The notes: a model not told the origin generated them from the sequence alone. A stretch of 64,000 nt of DNA from Nitrospirota bacterium (GCA_963845245.1 CAWJRJ010000012.1:32001-96000), one strand, 5' to 3'. Shown: positions 1 through 11,257, counted from the stretch's first letter. Program-made: numbers and translations.

Positions 1-180
1 TTAAGTTTAATCGCCTCCCCCTCAGCCGTCAAATAAGGTATTGCCCTGCAAGGTCTTCGGCCCCCGGGCGCCTTCACAGGGCTCGCGCCGGCTTCCTAAT
101 AAATAATAGTTCATTTTTCTAATAGTTTTGATATAATTAATAAAATTTGCTAATAGCCAATCAACCGGCGGCGCAGCGTT

Positions 181-3100
181 ATGGAATTAAAAGAAACATC
201 AATAAAGAACGCGTTGAAAGTGCTGATCGTGGACGACGACGACGAGCTTCGTCAGTTCATGAGGATGAAGCTTGCCAATGAAGCCCCGCACCTTTTTTTC
301 ACAGGCGTCGAGAGCGGCCCGGAATGTCTCGAATACCTCAAGACCAACCACGTTGACTGCATAATATCCGACTACCAGATGCCAGATATGAACGGCATGG
401 AACTCCTCCTTACACTAAGGGAAAGTGGCAATGATATGCCCTTTATATTTGTGACCGGCCAGGGAAACGAAGAGGTGGCGAGGGAGGCCTTTGATAACGG
501 GGCAAACCACTATTTTACCAAGGAGTTCGGTTTCGCGCATTTTACCAGGTTAATAAACTGCATAGAGCAGGCGGTAAGGCGAAGGGCAGCGGAACATGCA
601 GTAAAAGAGCGGGAGTTCTGGATAAACGAGTCGCAGAGGGTGGCGCGCGTCGGCTCTTACGTTGTGGACATACAGACCGGTGAATGTACAACCTCGGAGA
701 TACTGGACGATATCTTTGGTGTCGACGTTGATTACGACAAGTCTGTCGAGAGTTGGGCTTCCATAGTCCACCCCGAAGACCGCGACAGTATAGTCAAATA
801 CTTCACCGAAGTCATAGCTCAGAAGAAACGGTTTGAGGCCGATTACAGGATAGTAAGGAAGAACGACGGCCAGGAACGGTGGGTATCGGGCCTTGGCGAA
901 CTGGTCCTTGACCAGTACGGCAACCCCGTAAGGATGCTCGGGACAATTCAGGACATCACCGAACGCAAGCAGGTGGAGGACGCCCTGCGGGCAAGCCAGA
1001 AATATCTTCAGACAATCATAGAAACGTGAACCGGAGTGCGTCAAACTTCTTTCATTAGACGGCAAATTGATGATGATGAACCGCGCGGGACTGGCCATGA
1101 TCGAGGCCGATTCCCTTGAGCAGGTGAGGGGGAAGTCGGTCTATGGCCTGATCGTCCCTGAGCATCGTGAGCAATTCAAGGCGCTTGGGGAAAAGGTGCG
1201 TAAGGGCGGCACCGGGACCTTGGAATTCGATATGGTGGGATTCAAAGGAAGACGCTTGCGGCTGGAAACCCATGCCGTCCCGCTTAGAAACGAAAAAGAC
1301 GAGATAATAGCATTGCTCGGCATAACCCGTGATATCACCGAACGCAAGCAGACGGCGGATGCGCTGGAAGAAAGCAGGTCCGCGTACCAGGCGCTTACGG
1401 ACAACCTCCCTGGAATCGTTTACAGGATATTCATCCGCGAGAACTGGAGGATGCAGTTTATAAACAAGGCGGCCGAGAGCATCACAGGCTACACGGACGA
1501 TGAACTGCAGGAAGGAGAGGTCTGCCAGCTTGAAACCCTGATCCTTGCCGGAAGACCGCAACGCGGTGATTGCGGAAGTGAAGCGTGCCATCTCGGAGAA
1601 CAGGCCGTTCATGGTTGAATACCGCTTAAGGCATAAGGATGGAGGCATCCGGCACATGCTGGAGCAAGGGGCTCCCATCTATGGGCCTGATAAGGAGCCG
1701 CTTTATATCGATGGGGTTATTTTTGACGTAACCGAACGAAGGCAGGCGGAAGAGGCTCTGAAAGAAAAGGAAAGGGCGCTTACGGCCTTGATAGATGCAA
1801 ACCCGGAGGTCGTCCTTCTGTTGGACTCCGAAGGGGTCCAGCTGGCAGCCAACGCAGCGGCAGCCAGCCGGTTCGGCAGCCCTCGCGACGAGCTGATCGG
1901 CCGCAGCGCCTTTGACTTTCTCCCCCCCGGGCTGGCCGCTTCGCGAAAGGCGCATCTCGATGAAGTGTTCCGTACAGGGCGGGCCGTACGATTTGAAGAT
2001 ACAAGAGACGGCCGGGTTATTGAGAGCTACGTTAACCCCGTTATTGAGGCGGACGGGCATGTAAGCTCAGCCGCCATCGTCGGCATAGACGTAACAGAAC
2101 GCAAACGCGCAGAGGAATCCCTTAGGGCAAGCCAGAAATATCTGCAGACAATATTTGATACGGAACCGGAGTGCGTCAAACTCCTTGCTCCTGATTGCAC
2201 GTTGGTGATGATGAACCGCGCGGGCCTGACCATGATCGAGGCCGATTCCCTGGAGCAGGTAAAGGGGGCATCGGTAGTCGACCTGGTCGTGCCGGAATAT
2301 CGCGAGGCTTTCATAGCGCTTGGAGAAAAGGTGTTCCAGGGCGGCTCCGGGACACTCGAGTTTGACATGGTGGGTCTTAAAAGGAAGACGCCTCCGGCTG
2401 GAAACGCATGCAGTCCCGCTGCGAAACGAAAGAGATGAGATAATCGCCTTGCTCGGCATAACCCGTGACATATCCGAACGGAAAAAACTTGAACGTCAGA
2501 GGGCCGACTTCCACGCGATGGTGACCCACGACCTTAAATCGCCGCTTATTACCATACTCGGCTACTCAGAGCTTATCTCAACGGCCGCACAGGGTGTTGC
2601 GGGCGGAGAGGTCATCAATGAGATGGCGAAGGCAGTGAGCCGGGGAGGAGACAGGCTCCTGAGGCTGGTGGACGACTTCATGGCTGTGTCCAAAATTGAG
2701 GCCGGCGGCATAGAGTTGAGGGTAGCGCCTACCGATGCTGTAGTCCTGCTCCATGAGGTCAGGGATGATTTTGAGCCTATAGCAAGGAAGAAGGGGATAG
2801 TGTTCAGGGTGGACATCCCGGACAGTCTGCCTGTGGCGATCCTGGACAAAAAACAGGTGGAGAGGGCCGTGGGCAACCTGCTGCAGAACGCCTTCAACTA
2901 CACGCCGAAAGGCGGAGAGGTAACGCTGAAGGCGGAGACTGCTCTGCGCGGAGTAGACAAGTATATACTGATTTCCGTGTCCGATACCGGCCCCGGCATC
3001 CCGTACGACGACATGGACAAGATATTCGATAAATACTACCGTTCCCCAAAGACTGCTGGGTATGAAGGGAACCGGGCTCGGCCTTGCCATAGTCAAGGCT

Positions 3101-3190
3101 GTTGCCGAGGCGCACGGCGGCAGGGTGGAGGTGGAAAGCGAGGAAGGCCGCGGCAGCACGTTCAGGCTTTACTTGCCGATAAATTCCTGA
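181..3190 (+). CDS. Hybrid sensor histidine kinase (N-terminal REC, several PAS/PAC domains, HisKA + HATPase), split by four +1 frameshifts that are probably sequencing errors
   Basis: ORF pieces 181-1029, 1067-1618, 1545-2438 and 2320-3240 join into one frame if single extra bases near 1027, 1546, 2379 and 3060 are removed. REC motifs VDDD and SDYQMP, repeated DITERK PAC ends, H-box VTHDLKSP, N-box NLLQNA, DTGPGI, and GTGLGL in the shifted frame; stop TGA at 3188-3190. Confidence 0.9.
952..2480 (+). repeat. Intragenic direct repeat of about 400 bp (PAS-PAC duplication; copies about 952-1347 and 2088-2480)
   Basis: Both copies contain near-identical runs such as gggcaagccagaaatatct, gaaccggagtgcgtcaaact and tgatgatgaaccgcgcggg...ccatgatcgaggccgattccct. 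Confidence 0.9.
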
Positions 3191-3303
3191 GCGCAACCAT
3201 ATGTTTACCTTTCACATTGCGTTTATTATTGCATCATTAAGAAAGCTGTAAGCGCAAAATCCCGTTTTAATGGGTTCTTTTGATGGATTCTTTATTTTCC
3301 CCC

Positions 3304-3369
3304 TTGACAGGCCTCCCTATATAGTTATAGACTCTGACTGTCCGGTCATTTTTATGACCCGTCAGTCAG
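3304..3369 (+). promoter_or_regulatory. Sigma70-type promoter (TTGACA 3304-3309, TAGACT 3328-3333) followed by a 36-bp imperfect palindrome, a probable repressor operator
   Basis: ctgactgtccggtcat-tttt-atgacccgtcagtcag (3334-3369) has 14/16 inverted symmetry and lies upstream of the efflux operon. Confidence 0.65.
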
Positions 3370-3409
3370 GTATGGTTTTTTGTTTCAGGAGTAAACAGGA
3401 GATGCGGAG

Positions 3410-4534
3410 ATGAGCATTTTAGGTATAGCCATGAGGCAGTCGGGCAGGCTTCTGGTTTTGTCACTGGCCTGCCTGGCGTTGTTTCTGGGATGCGCAAAAA
3501 AGCAGGAGGCGAAAAAGGCCAAGCCGCCGGTGCCGGTCCTTGTAGCCCAGGCAGCGCAGAAGGACGTCCCGACAGAGCTTAAGGCGATAGGAAACGTCGA
3601 GCCGTCTTCGTCCGTGTCCATTAGATCCATGGTCGCCGGCGAGGTCACGAGCGTAAACTTCAGGGAAGGCCAGGACGTGAGAAAAGGCGACCTGCTGTTC
3701 ACAATCGACCCTAGCCCTCTTGAGGCAGACCTAAAGCGTGCCGAGGGTGTGCTTTCCAAGGACATGGTCGAGGCGAAGAACGCCGCGACCAACGCCAAAC
3801 GTTACGACGACCTCCTGGAGAAGGGCATGGTTTCGCGGCAGGAGCACGACCAGGCTGCCACTACCATAGCATCGCTCAATGAGACTATCCGGTCGGACAA
3901 GGCCGCCATCGACAGTATAAAGGTGCAGCTTGGGTACACGAGGATCAAGTCTCCGATAGACGGCAGGACCGGCAACCTGAACGTGAATGCCGGAAACATC
4001 GTGAAGGCCAACGATACTCCTGCCCTGGTGGTAATCAACAAGATACGGCCCATATACGTCACGTTCTCTGTTCCCGAGAAGTTCCTGCCGGAGATCCAGG
4101 GGCTTATGCCAAAAGGCAAATTGAAGGTGACGGCCTGCATAAACGGGGACAAATGTCCTGCTGCACAGGGGTATCTGACTTTTATAGACAACTCGGTGGA
4201 CCTCGCCACTGGTAGCATCAAGCTGAAGGCCACTTTTGACAATGCGGACAGGAAGCTTTGGCCCGGGCAGTTCGTCGATGTCACTATGGCGCTCGGCACT
4301 CTGAACGGAGTGACGGTCGTGCCCAGCGCGGCAGTCCAGTCCGGGCAGCAGGGCCAGTTCGTTTTCGTTGTAAAGCAGGACAAAACGGTCGAGTCAAGGC
4401 CGGTGAAATCCGGCTTGACGCAGGAAGGTTTGACGGTCATCGAACAGGGCGTGAAGCCGGGTGAGACAGTAGTTACGGACGGGCAGATGAAGCTCACCCC
4501 CGGTGCAGTTATAGAAGTCAAGAAAGGCCTGTAG
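3410..4534 (+). CDS. RND efflux periplasmic adaptor (MdtA/AcrA-like lipoprotein)
   Basis: Lipobox LFLGC, GQDVRKGDLLFTIDP, YTRIKSPIDGRTG and LWPGQFV; adjacent to an RND permease. Confidence 0.93.
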   Translation: MSILGIAMRQSGRLLVLSLACLALFLGCAKKQEAKKAKPPVPVLVAQAAQKDVPTELKAIGNVEPSSSVSIRSMVAGEVTSVNFREGQDVRKGDLLFTIDPSPLEADLKRAEGVLSKDMVEAKNAATNAKRYDDLLEKGMVSRQEHDQAATTIASLNETIRSDKAAIDSIKVQLGYTRIKSPIDGRTGNLNVNAGNIVKANDTPALVVINKIRPIYVTFSVPEKFLPEIQGLMPKGKLKVTACINGDKCPAAQGYLTFIDNSVDLATGSIKLKATFDNADRKLWPGQFVDVTMALGTLNGVTVVPSAAVQSGQQGQFVFVVKQDKTVESRPVKSGLTQEGLTVIEQGVKPGETVVTDGQMKLTPGAVIEVKKGL

Positions 4535-4544
4535 GCATCGCGCG

Positions 4545-7500
4545 ATGAGCATATCCGAACTTTTCATCCGCAGGCCGGTCATGACGTCGCTCATCATGGT
4601 CGCGGTCGTTATTTTCGGCATAGCCGGATACGGCCTTCTGCCGGTCAGCGACCTCCCGAACGTTGATTTCCCGACGATCAACGTGTCCGCCAACCTCCCG
4701 GGCGCAAGCCCCGAGACCATGGCTTCCGCTGTGGCGACCCCTCTCGAGAAGCAGTTTTCCACCATAGCCGGCATAGACTCCATGTCGTCGACCAATGCGC
4801 TCGGGTCCACCCAGATAACGATACAGTTCAGCCTCGACCGCGACATCGACGGCGCCGCGCAGGACGTGCAGGCCGCAATAGCAAAGGCCGCCCGACTGCT
4901 TCCGCAGGACATGCCCAGCCCGCCGTCCTACCAGAAGGTCAACCCGGCCGACCAGCCGATACTCTACCTTGCAGTCAGCTCACCGACGCTGCCGCTTTCA
5001 CAGGTGGACGAGTTCGCCGAGACGTTCATGGCGCAGAAGATATCGATGGTAAGCGGCGTGGCCCAGGTGTCGGTATACGGCGCGCAGAAGTACGCGGTCC
5101 GTGTGCAGCTCGACCCGAAGGCGATGGCCAGCCGCCAGGTCGGCATAGACGAGGTCGCAGAGCGCGATCGACCGGGCCAACGTCAACATGCCGACCGGCA
5201 CTCTATACGGCAAGTCCAACTCGTTCACCGTGCAGACGAACGGCCAGTTGACGGAGGCTGCGGCCTACCGCCCGATAATAGTGGCATACAGGGGCGGCGC
5301 GCCCGTCTACCTCCAGGACCTCGGGCGGGTAACGGACAGCGTCGAGAACGACAAGATCGCAAGCTGGTTTATCGACAAGCGCGCCATAATACTCGCGATA
5401 CAGCGCCAGCCCGGCACCAACACCGTGGCTGTCGTGGACGGCATCAAGGCCCTCTTCCCCGCGTTTAAAGAGCAGATGCCCGCATCCATCGAACTGAACG
5501 TAATAAGAGACCGGTCGGAGACGATACGCGCGTCCGTGCGGGACGTAAAGTTCACTCTCTTCCTGTCTCTCTGCCTTGTGATCATGGTCATATTCCTGTT
5601 CCTCAGGAACTTCTCGGCCACGCTCATCCCGAGCCTTGCGCTGCCCGTGTCGCTGATAGGGACCTTCTCCGTGATGTACCTGCTGGGCTATTCCCTGGAC
5701 AACATGTCGCTCATGGCGCTGACGCTATCGATCGGTTTCGTCGTGGACGACGCCATAGTCATGCTGGAAAACATCGTAAGGCACATGGAGCACGGCGAGC
5801 CGCCGAGGGATGCGGCCTTCATCGGCTCGCGCGAGATAGGGTTCACGATACTTTCCATGACCATATCGCTCGTAGCGGTGTTCATACCGGTGCTGTTCAT
5901 GGGCGGGCTTCTGGGCCGCCTGCTCCACGAGTTCGCGGTCACAATCGGCGCGGCCATACTCGTCTCCGGCATAGTCTCGCTTACACTCACGCCGATGCTT
6001 TGCAGCCGGTTCCTGAAGCCACCCGGCGAGGTGAAGCACGGCCGCATATTCACGGCGTCGGAGAAGGTATTCTCCGGGATGCAGGAGTTTTACAGGCGGA
6101 GCCTGACGTTTGTGTTCCGCCATCGCCCTGCCACCATGTTCGTGACGGTGGCCTCTCTGGCGGCCAGCATATACCTCTTCAACATGATGCCGATGGGGTT
6201 CCTGCCGAGCGAGGACACCGGGGCAATCCAGGGCCGCACCGAGGGGGCGCAGGGCATATCCTTCGAGTCGATGCGGGACCACATGGAGGCCCTCGCAAAG
6301 GTCGTCAAGGCGGACAAGAACGTGGAATCGTTTTTCTATAACGTGGGCGGGTCAAGCTCCAGCCCGGTGTCGAATACCGGGAGGCTGCTTATAAGGCTTA
6401 AGCCGCGCGACCAGCGCAAGCTGAGCGCCGACGAGGTGATACAGGAACTCCGTCCGAAGCTTGCCGCCGTGCCGGGGATATCGACATACCTTCAGAACCC
6501 GCCGCCGGTGCAGATCGGCGGCCAGTCGTCAAAGAGCCTCTACCAGCTTACCCTGACCGGTGCGGACACGAAGGAGCTGTTCAAGTACGCCGCGCTGCTG
6601 GAAGAGAAGATGCACGGTATACCCGAGCTTCAGGACGTGACAAGCGACCTTCAGATCACCAACCCGCAGGTCAACCTGGAGATATACCGGCAGAAGGCGT
6701 CATCGCTCGGTGTCTCCGTGCAGCAGATAGAGGACGCGCTCTATTCCGCCTACGGGACGAAGCAGGTCTCGACAATCCTTACGCCGAACAACCAGTACAA
6801 GGTTATTATGGAACTGGACCCGCAGTACCAGATGGACCCTGCCGCGCTTTCCATGCTCTATATACGCTCGGACAAGGGCCTGCTTGTCCCGATGGACGCT
6901 GTCGCGAACATCACCCGCGGCGTCGGCCCGCTCACCGTAACGCACCTGGGCCAGATACCGTCCGTGACGATATCGTTCAACCTCAAGCCCGGCGTGGCGC
7001 TGGGCGAGGCCGTCAAGCTTTCAACCCAGGCCGCGAAGGATGTCCTGCCGGCCACCATCAGCACGAGTTTCCAGGGCGCGGCGCAGGCGTTCCAGTCCTC
7101 CACCAAGGGGCTGTGGATGCTGCTGATAATGGCAATCCTGGTCATATACATAGTGCTGGGCGTCCTGTACGAGAGCTACATACACCCGATAACGATACTC
7201 TCGGGCCTGCCCTCCGCCGGGCTCGGCGCGCTCGCCACCCTGATGCTGTTCGGGTACGAGCTGAACATCTACGCCTTCGTCGGTGTCATAATGCTGCTCG
7301 GCATCGTGAAGAAGAACGCGATCATGATGATAGACTTTGCGCTTGAGGCGCAGAGGAAGCAGGGCCTGTCCCCGCACGACGCGATATTCCAGGGCTGCAT
7401 GGTCCGTTTCCGTCCGATAATGATGACCACCATGGCCGCGCTGATGGCGACGCTGCCGCTTGCCATAGGCTTCGGTGCGGGCGCGGAATCGAGACGTCCG

Positions 7501-7623
7501 CTGGGCCTCGCAGTAGTCGGCGGCCTCATGGTCTCGCAGGTGCTTACGCTCTACATCACGCCGGTGTTCTATACCTACATGGAAGCGTTACAGCAGAGGC
7601 TATACAAAAAACGCGGGAAGTAG
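4545..7623 (+). CDS. RND efflux permease (MdtB/MdtC/AcrB family), one +1 frameshift near 5160
   Basis: FIRRPVMT N-terminus, GFVVDDAIVMLENI, GIVKKNAIMMIDFA and RFRPIMMTT. ORFs 4545-5468 and 5188-7623 join by removing one base. Confidence 0.93.
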
Positions 7624-7637
7624 CCCCACACACAAAG

Positions 7638-8023
7638 AGGGCCGACACGCGGGTACGGCCCCTAAATAAAGGCAGCCCCCACCCTGCCCTCCCCCGCAGG
7701 TGGGGAGGGGTGATTGAAGTTGCCATGGAGGGCGAGGGGAAGTTTTTCATAACCCTCTCTATCCCATGTTCAGGCGCATCGCATCTTTTCATCTTCGGAA
7801 CCTTCGGCTCCGTAAGGTGGCTTACTTAAGGGGGAGGTTAGAGTTTTTCATAACCCCCTCTATCCCCCTTATCTTAAGGGGGAAGTTAAATGAAGGTGTC
7901 ACGGAGGGGGAGACGACGATCGGTTTGGTCGGGGTGTTTATATTCCTGCCGGTGGTGTTTCTGATGGGGCAGAAGATTAGGGGTGGTGCACACACCAGTT
8001 AAATATGGGATGTGTCCCTAATT
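7638..8023. repeat. Cluster of REP-like extragenic palindromes of several types
   Basis: agggccgacacgcgggtacggccccta (7638-7664), ccctcccccgcaggtggggaggg (about 7688-7710), two tttttcataaccc...cttaaggggga units (about 7742-7843 and 7843-7890) and aatatgggatgtgtccctaatt (8002-8023). Confidence 0.6.
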
Positions 8024-8030
8024 ATACAAG

Positions 8031-9614
8031 TTAAATTCCTGCGAGTTGCAATTGTTTAACTTCTAATATACTCTTCATATCAGGCATTAAATGAAGCAAT
8101 CCATCTGCACGTACTTTGGCAAGCTCTTTCGGTTCTAATTTATACAATCCGCCGCCATAAAATCTTCCTTCTTGCAATAATACTTTGATTTGAATTTTTT
8201 TCAAATTATTCCAGATTTCGCGTAGTAAGTGTGGGTCCTGATTAATTTTTTCTTGTATAAAATCTTTTGGATAAAGAAGTAAATATACATTTGTAGCTGT
8301 TGCAACAGAGTTATTTAAAATAAACCTAAAAGGTATTCTATCGTTATTATCATTTCCACATCTGCCAAGATACGTGAACAAAATCGGAGCAGGCGTCCGT
8401 TCTTCCTGCGAATACCAGGGGGAACGATGTTGGCATAAATATCTTTTTGAAACTTCATTTTTACCATCCATTAAATATGACCAAAGCGATGGATATTTTA
8501 TCTTAATTTCATCTTCCGATAGTCGAACATTTAACAGGAAATTCGGAGAAGGAATTATTGGGTTCCTATTTACATCGCCAATAATCTCATCCTCTTTTAA
8601 ATAACGCGGACTCGGTAATATTGGCCTAAATAGTTCCATCGGTAAATCTAGGGATTTAATTTTCTCTTCAGTAAGAATGAAGAATTTATTGTCTCCGGTA
8701 GCAAGACCTCTTTTTATTGTAAAAAAATCAGACAACATTACTTCTTTTGTCTTATTATTTTTTATAGATACAGGGAAGTTAGACCACTTGTCTTCAACAT
8801 GTATTTTTTGTGCAGGTATAAACTTTCTTATCCTGGGTTTATCTATGGATCCTCCAAATGTAAATTCAATGTTATGTATTGGGGATGGAGGTTGTTTCTT
8901 AAACCATATAACTGTTGAAGAAACTAAAGCGTCGTCAAATTGAACTTCATTTGGGTCATACCTATGAATACGTAAAAGGGTGACGTGATTAAGTAAATAT
9001 TTCTTTAAACCAACTCCGTAATTGACATCCATAAATTCACTTGGAATCAACCAAGCGCCAATTCCATTTTCAGACATCCAATAATGCGATAGAATCAAAT
9101 AATAACAATAAAGTCCAGTTAACCCACTCAAGCTGATTCCAAAACCATCTATTATTTTAAGTTGTAGACGTATTTTATCTTCGCTGGGAATGTGATGATG
9201 ACGTACATAAGGCGGATTGCAAATTAGTAGATTAAACTTATCTTTGTCAAGAGAAGGAGCCTCTTTTTTGGTGAAATCTTCTACATCAATTTCAAGAAGA
9301 GTGTTAGTCCATAGTTTCTGAGCAGGTAAAGCATAGTGGGCGTCTATCTCTATTCCATTCGCTTTATCAATTTTTCTGAAGAAAGCCGTTTCTAATAAGG
9401 CAGAGAAAAATGCTCCTGTTCCAATTGCAGGATCTAAAAACCTGATTGGCGAATTCTCAGGCAGAAGATAAATCCCATAAGAAACTAACTCTTGGGCCAT
9501 TTTCGTTGGAGTGGCAAACTGCCCCAAACGATTTCGCTCTAGCTGAGTCTTTTCTGCGTCAAGAGCTTCTTGAATATCGAGGCGATTTTGTTCTAATATG
9601 GAAAAGAGGTTCAT
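8031..9614 (-). CDS. Type II N6-adenine DNA methyltransferase (gamma class), partner of a XamI-family endonuclease
   Basis: GQFATP, motif I FLDPAIGTGAF, motif IV NPPY, C-terminal YGGGLYKLEPKEL; AT-rich; directly downstream of the endonuclease gene. Confidence 0.9.
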   Translation of the reverse strand: MNLFSILEQNRLDIQEALDAEKTQLERNRLGQFATPTKMAQELVSYGIYLLPENSPIRFLDPAIGTGAFFSALLETAFFRKIDKANGIEIDAHYALPAQKLWTNTLLEIDVEDFTKKEAPSLDKDKFNLLICNPPYVRHHHIPSEDKIRLQLKIIDGFGISLSGLTGLYCYYLILSHYWMSENGIGAWLIPSEFMDVNYGVGLKKYLLNHVTLLRIHRYDPNEVQFDDALVSSTVIWFKKQPPSPIHNIEFTFGGSIDKPRIRKFIPAQKIHVEDKWSNFPVSIKNNKTKEVMLSDFFTIKRGLATGDNKFFILTEEKIKSLDLPMELFRPILPSPRYLKEDEIIGDVNRNPIIPSPNFLLNVRLSEDEIKIKYPSLWSYLMDGKNEVSKRYLCQHRSPWYSQEERTPAPILFTYLGRCGNDNNDRIPFRFILNNSVATATNVYLLLYPKDFIQEKINQDPHLLREIWNNLKKIQIKVLLQEGRFYGGGLYKLEPKELAKVRADGLLHLMPDMKSILEVKQLQLAGI

Positions 9615-9616
9615 CG

Positions 9617-10576
9617 TTAAATTCCAAATTTAGAAAAATCATCTATTCGATGTTCCCAAACCCAATCTATACCTTCTGCTGCTTCATAACCTAAATAGCC
9701 CGAATCAAAGTAACCACATAAAAAAAGGTTAAATTGAACTTCCCTTCCGTGAGTATCTCGTAATTGCTTTATTTTTGTTGCTTCTTCTTTTCGTCTTTTA
9801 TTTACATTAGTGAAATCTCCCGCAGATTTTGCCTCGAAAAGGATTGGAAAGTCACCTTTTTTACTAGATTTAGACATTATAACAACATCAACGGGAATAT
9901 TTACTTCTTTCACTCTATTTTCTTGTCTAACTGGAATGTTCATACGGAAAGCAAAAGTCCCTGGTTTCATAGTATTGTATTTAATTCCTTCACCAGCGGC
10001 ATTTTGTTTGTAACCATGTGCTATGAGCCATTTTTCTATCAGCTTTAATTGACGTTTTTCTTGCTCATTACGTATAGTTGGATTTGCAACTGAACCGCTA
10101 AGCCTATCTGCAACGATAGTTGCGGCGCGATATAATTCTGCTTTAGAAGGGCGACCTTCACGGTCAAGCCAAATAAAAATATCTGGGTCGGCAAGTTTTT
10201 TAATTATAGTACTAATTTTTCCTAACTCTTTGTCCATTTGCTCAGAAGCCATTCGAGCCGGTAATTTTTTCTTTTCCTCCATTGTCTTAACCAAGTTACC
10301 AGAAACATTAGCCAACCCGATCAATCTGTCTACCGCTAATGGAGGGCAAGTTGACATTCTTAAGGTTGGGAGTATATCTGGATAATCTTTTAAAATTTCT
10401 ATTTTTATATTTGTTAAATTAGCAGTATTCTTTAAAGCATTAAGAACATCATCTGTAGCTTTAATGCGGCTCGAACGAAAAGCTTCAGGCGCGAACTTCA
10501 TAAACCAGTCATTATACATATCAACGGATTTAGCTATATCTTCCTTCCACGTACTTGGCTTATCATTAATGCCCAT
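9617..10576 (-). CDS. Type II restriction endonuclease, XamI-like family
   Basis: PD-(D/E)xK-type PVD...FEAKSAGDFTNVNKRRKEE, N-terminal INDKPSTWKEDIAKSVDMYNDWFMKFAP; GGAG RBS favours the start at 10576. Family recognised from memory of the sequence pattern. Confidence 0.8.
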   Translation of the reverse strand: MGINDKPSTWKEDIAKSVDMYNDWFMKFAPEAFRSSRIKATDDVLNALKNTANLTNIKIEILKDYPDILPTLRMSTCPPLAVDRLIGLANVSGNLVKTMEEKKKLPARMASEQMDKELGKISTIIKKLADPDIFIWLDREGRPSKAELYRAATIVADRLSGSVANPTIRNEQEKRQLKLIEKWLIAHGYKQNAAGEGIKYNTMKPGTFAFRMNIPVRQENRVKEVNIPVDVVIMSKSSKKGDFPILFEAKSAGDFTNVNKRRKEEATKIKQLRDTHGREVQFNLFLCGYFDSGYLGYEAAEGIDWVWEHRIDDFSKFGI

Positions 10577-10798
10577 TTCTAATAGCTCCATAGGGGAAAG
10601 TATCGAGGAATATTTAACGCACCTATTTTCGGGCTCTTGTTCGAATTATTATACAGGGATGTACCAGCAAATCAAGGGACAAAAGTTGCCGCAAGCCTTC
10701 CCCCTCCCCCGCACTCAGCATGACAGATTAATGTCATTGACACATACCCACCCCTGTTGTATAGTCGGATAGCCGGTAAGAATAGCATAGGAGAAAGC

Positions 10799-11227
10799 AT
10801 GGCTGACAACGACAACAAAGAACTGATGGATTTCCTTGGAAAACAATTTCAAGGCATCGAGAAGCAGTTTGAAGGCATTAACAAAAGGCTGGATAATACC
10901 GCCACCAAAGACGACCTCGCGAATTTCGCTACCAAAGATGACCTCGCGAATTTCGCTACCAAAGAAGACCTCGCGAATTTCGCCACCAAGGAAGACCTGG
11001 AGCTTAAATTTGCGGAGTCAATGCGGCATACCGGTGTCCTCATCGAGGCCGTTGAACGTAAACTTGATATTGTCATTGAAGGTTTAATGACCTCGAACGA
11101 GAGGTTGGACAGGCACGCAGAAGAAAATAAACAGGAGCAGCACGGGCTGGAAAAAAGAATTCTCATTAATGCTGCCGATATCTCCAATCTGGACCAGCGG
11201 GTTGTAAGGTTAGAGGGTAGACCTTAG
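10799..11227 (+). CDS. Small coiled-coil protein with ATK(D/E)DLANF repeats
   Basis: AGGAG RBS before ATG 10799, heptad-like sequence, followed by an intrinsic terminator. Confidence 0.8.
   Translation: MADNDNKELMDFLGKQFQGIEKQFEGINKRLDNTATKDDLANFATKDDLANFATKEDLANFATKEDLELKFAESMRHTGVLIEAVERKLDIVIEGLMTSNERLDRHAEENKQEQHGLEKRILINAADISNLDQRVVRLEGRP
10901..10999 (+). repeat. In-frame 27-bp tandem repeat (about 3.7 copies)
   Basis: gc(c/t)accaaaga(c/t/a)gacctcgcgaatttc at 10901, 10928 and 10955, partial copy at 10982. Confidence 0.95.
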
Positions 11228-11257
11228 ACCTGAACCTGGCCCGAAGAACATAAATTC

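Noticed and set aside
10901..10999. 27-bp repeats as a CRISPR array
   Set aside because: The repeats are contiguous with no spacers, lie in frame inside a CDS, and there are no cas genes.
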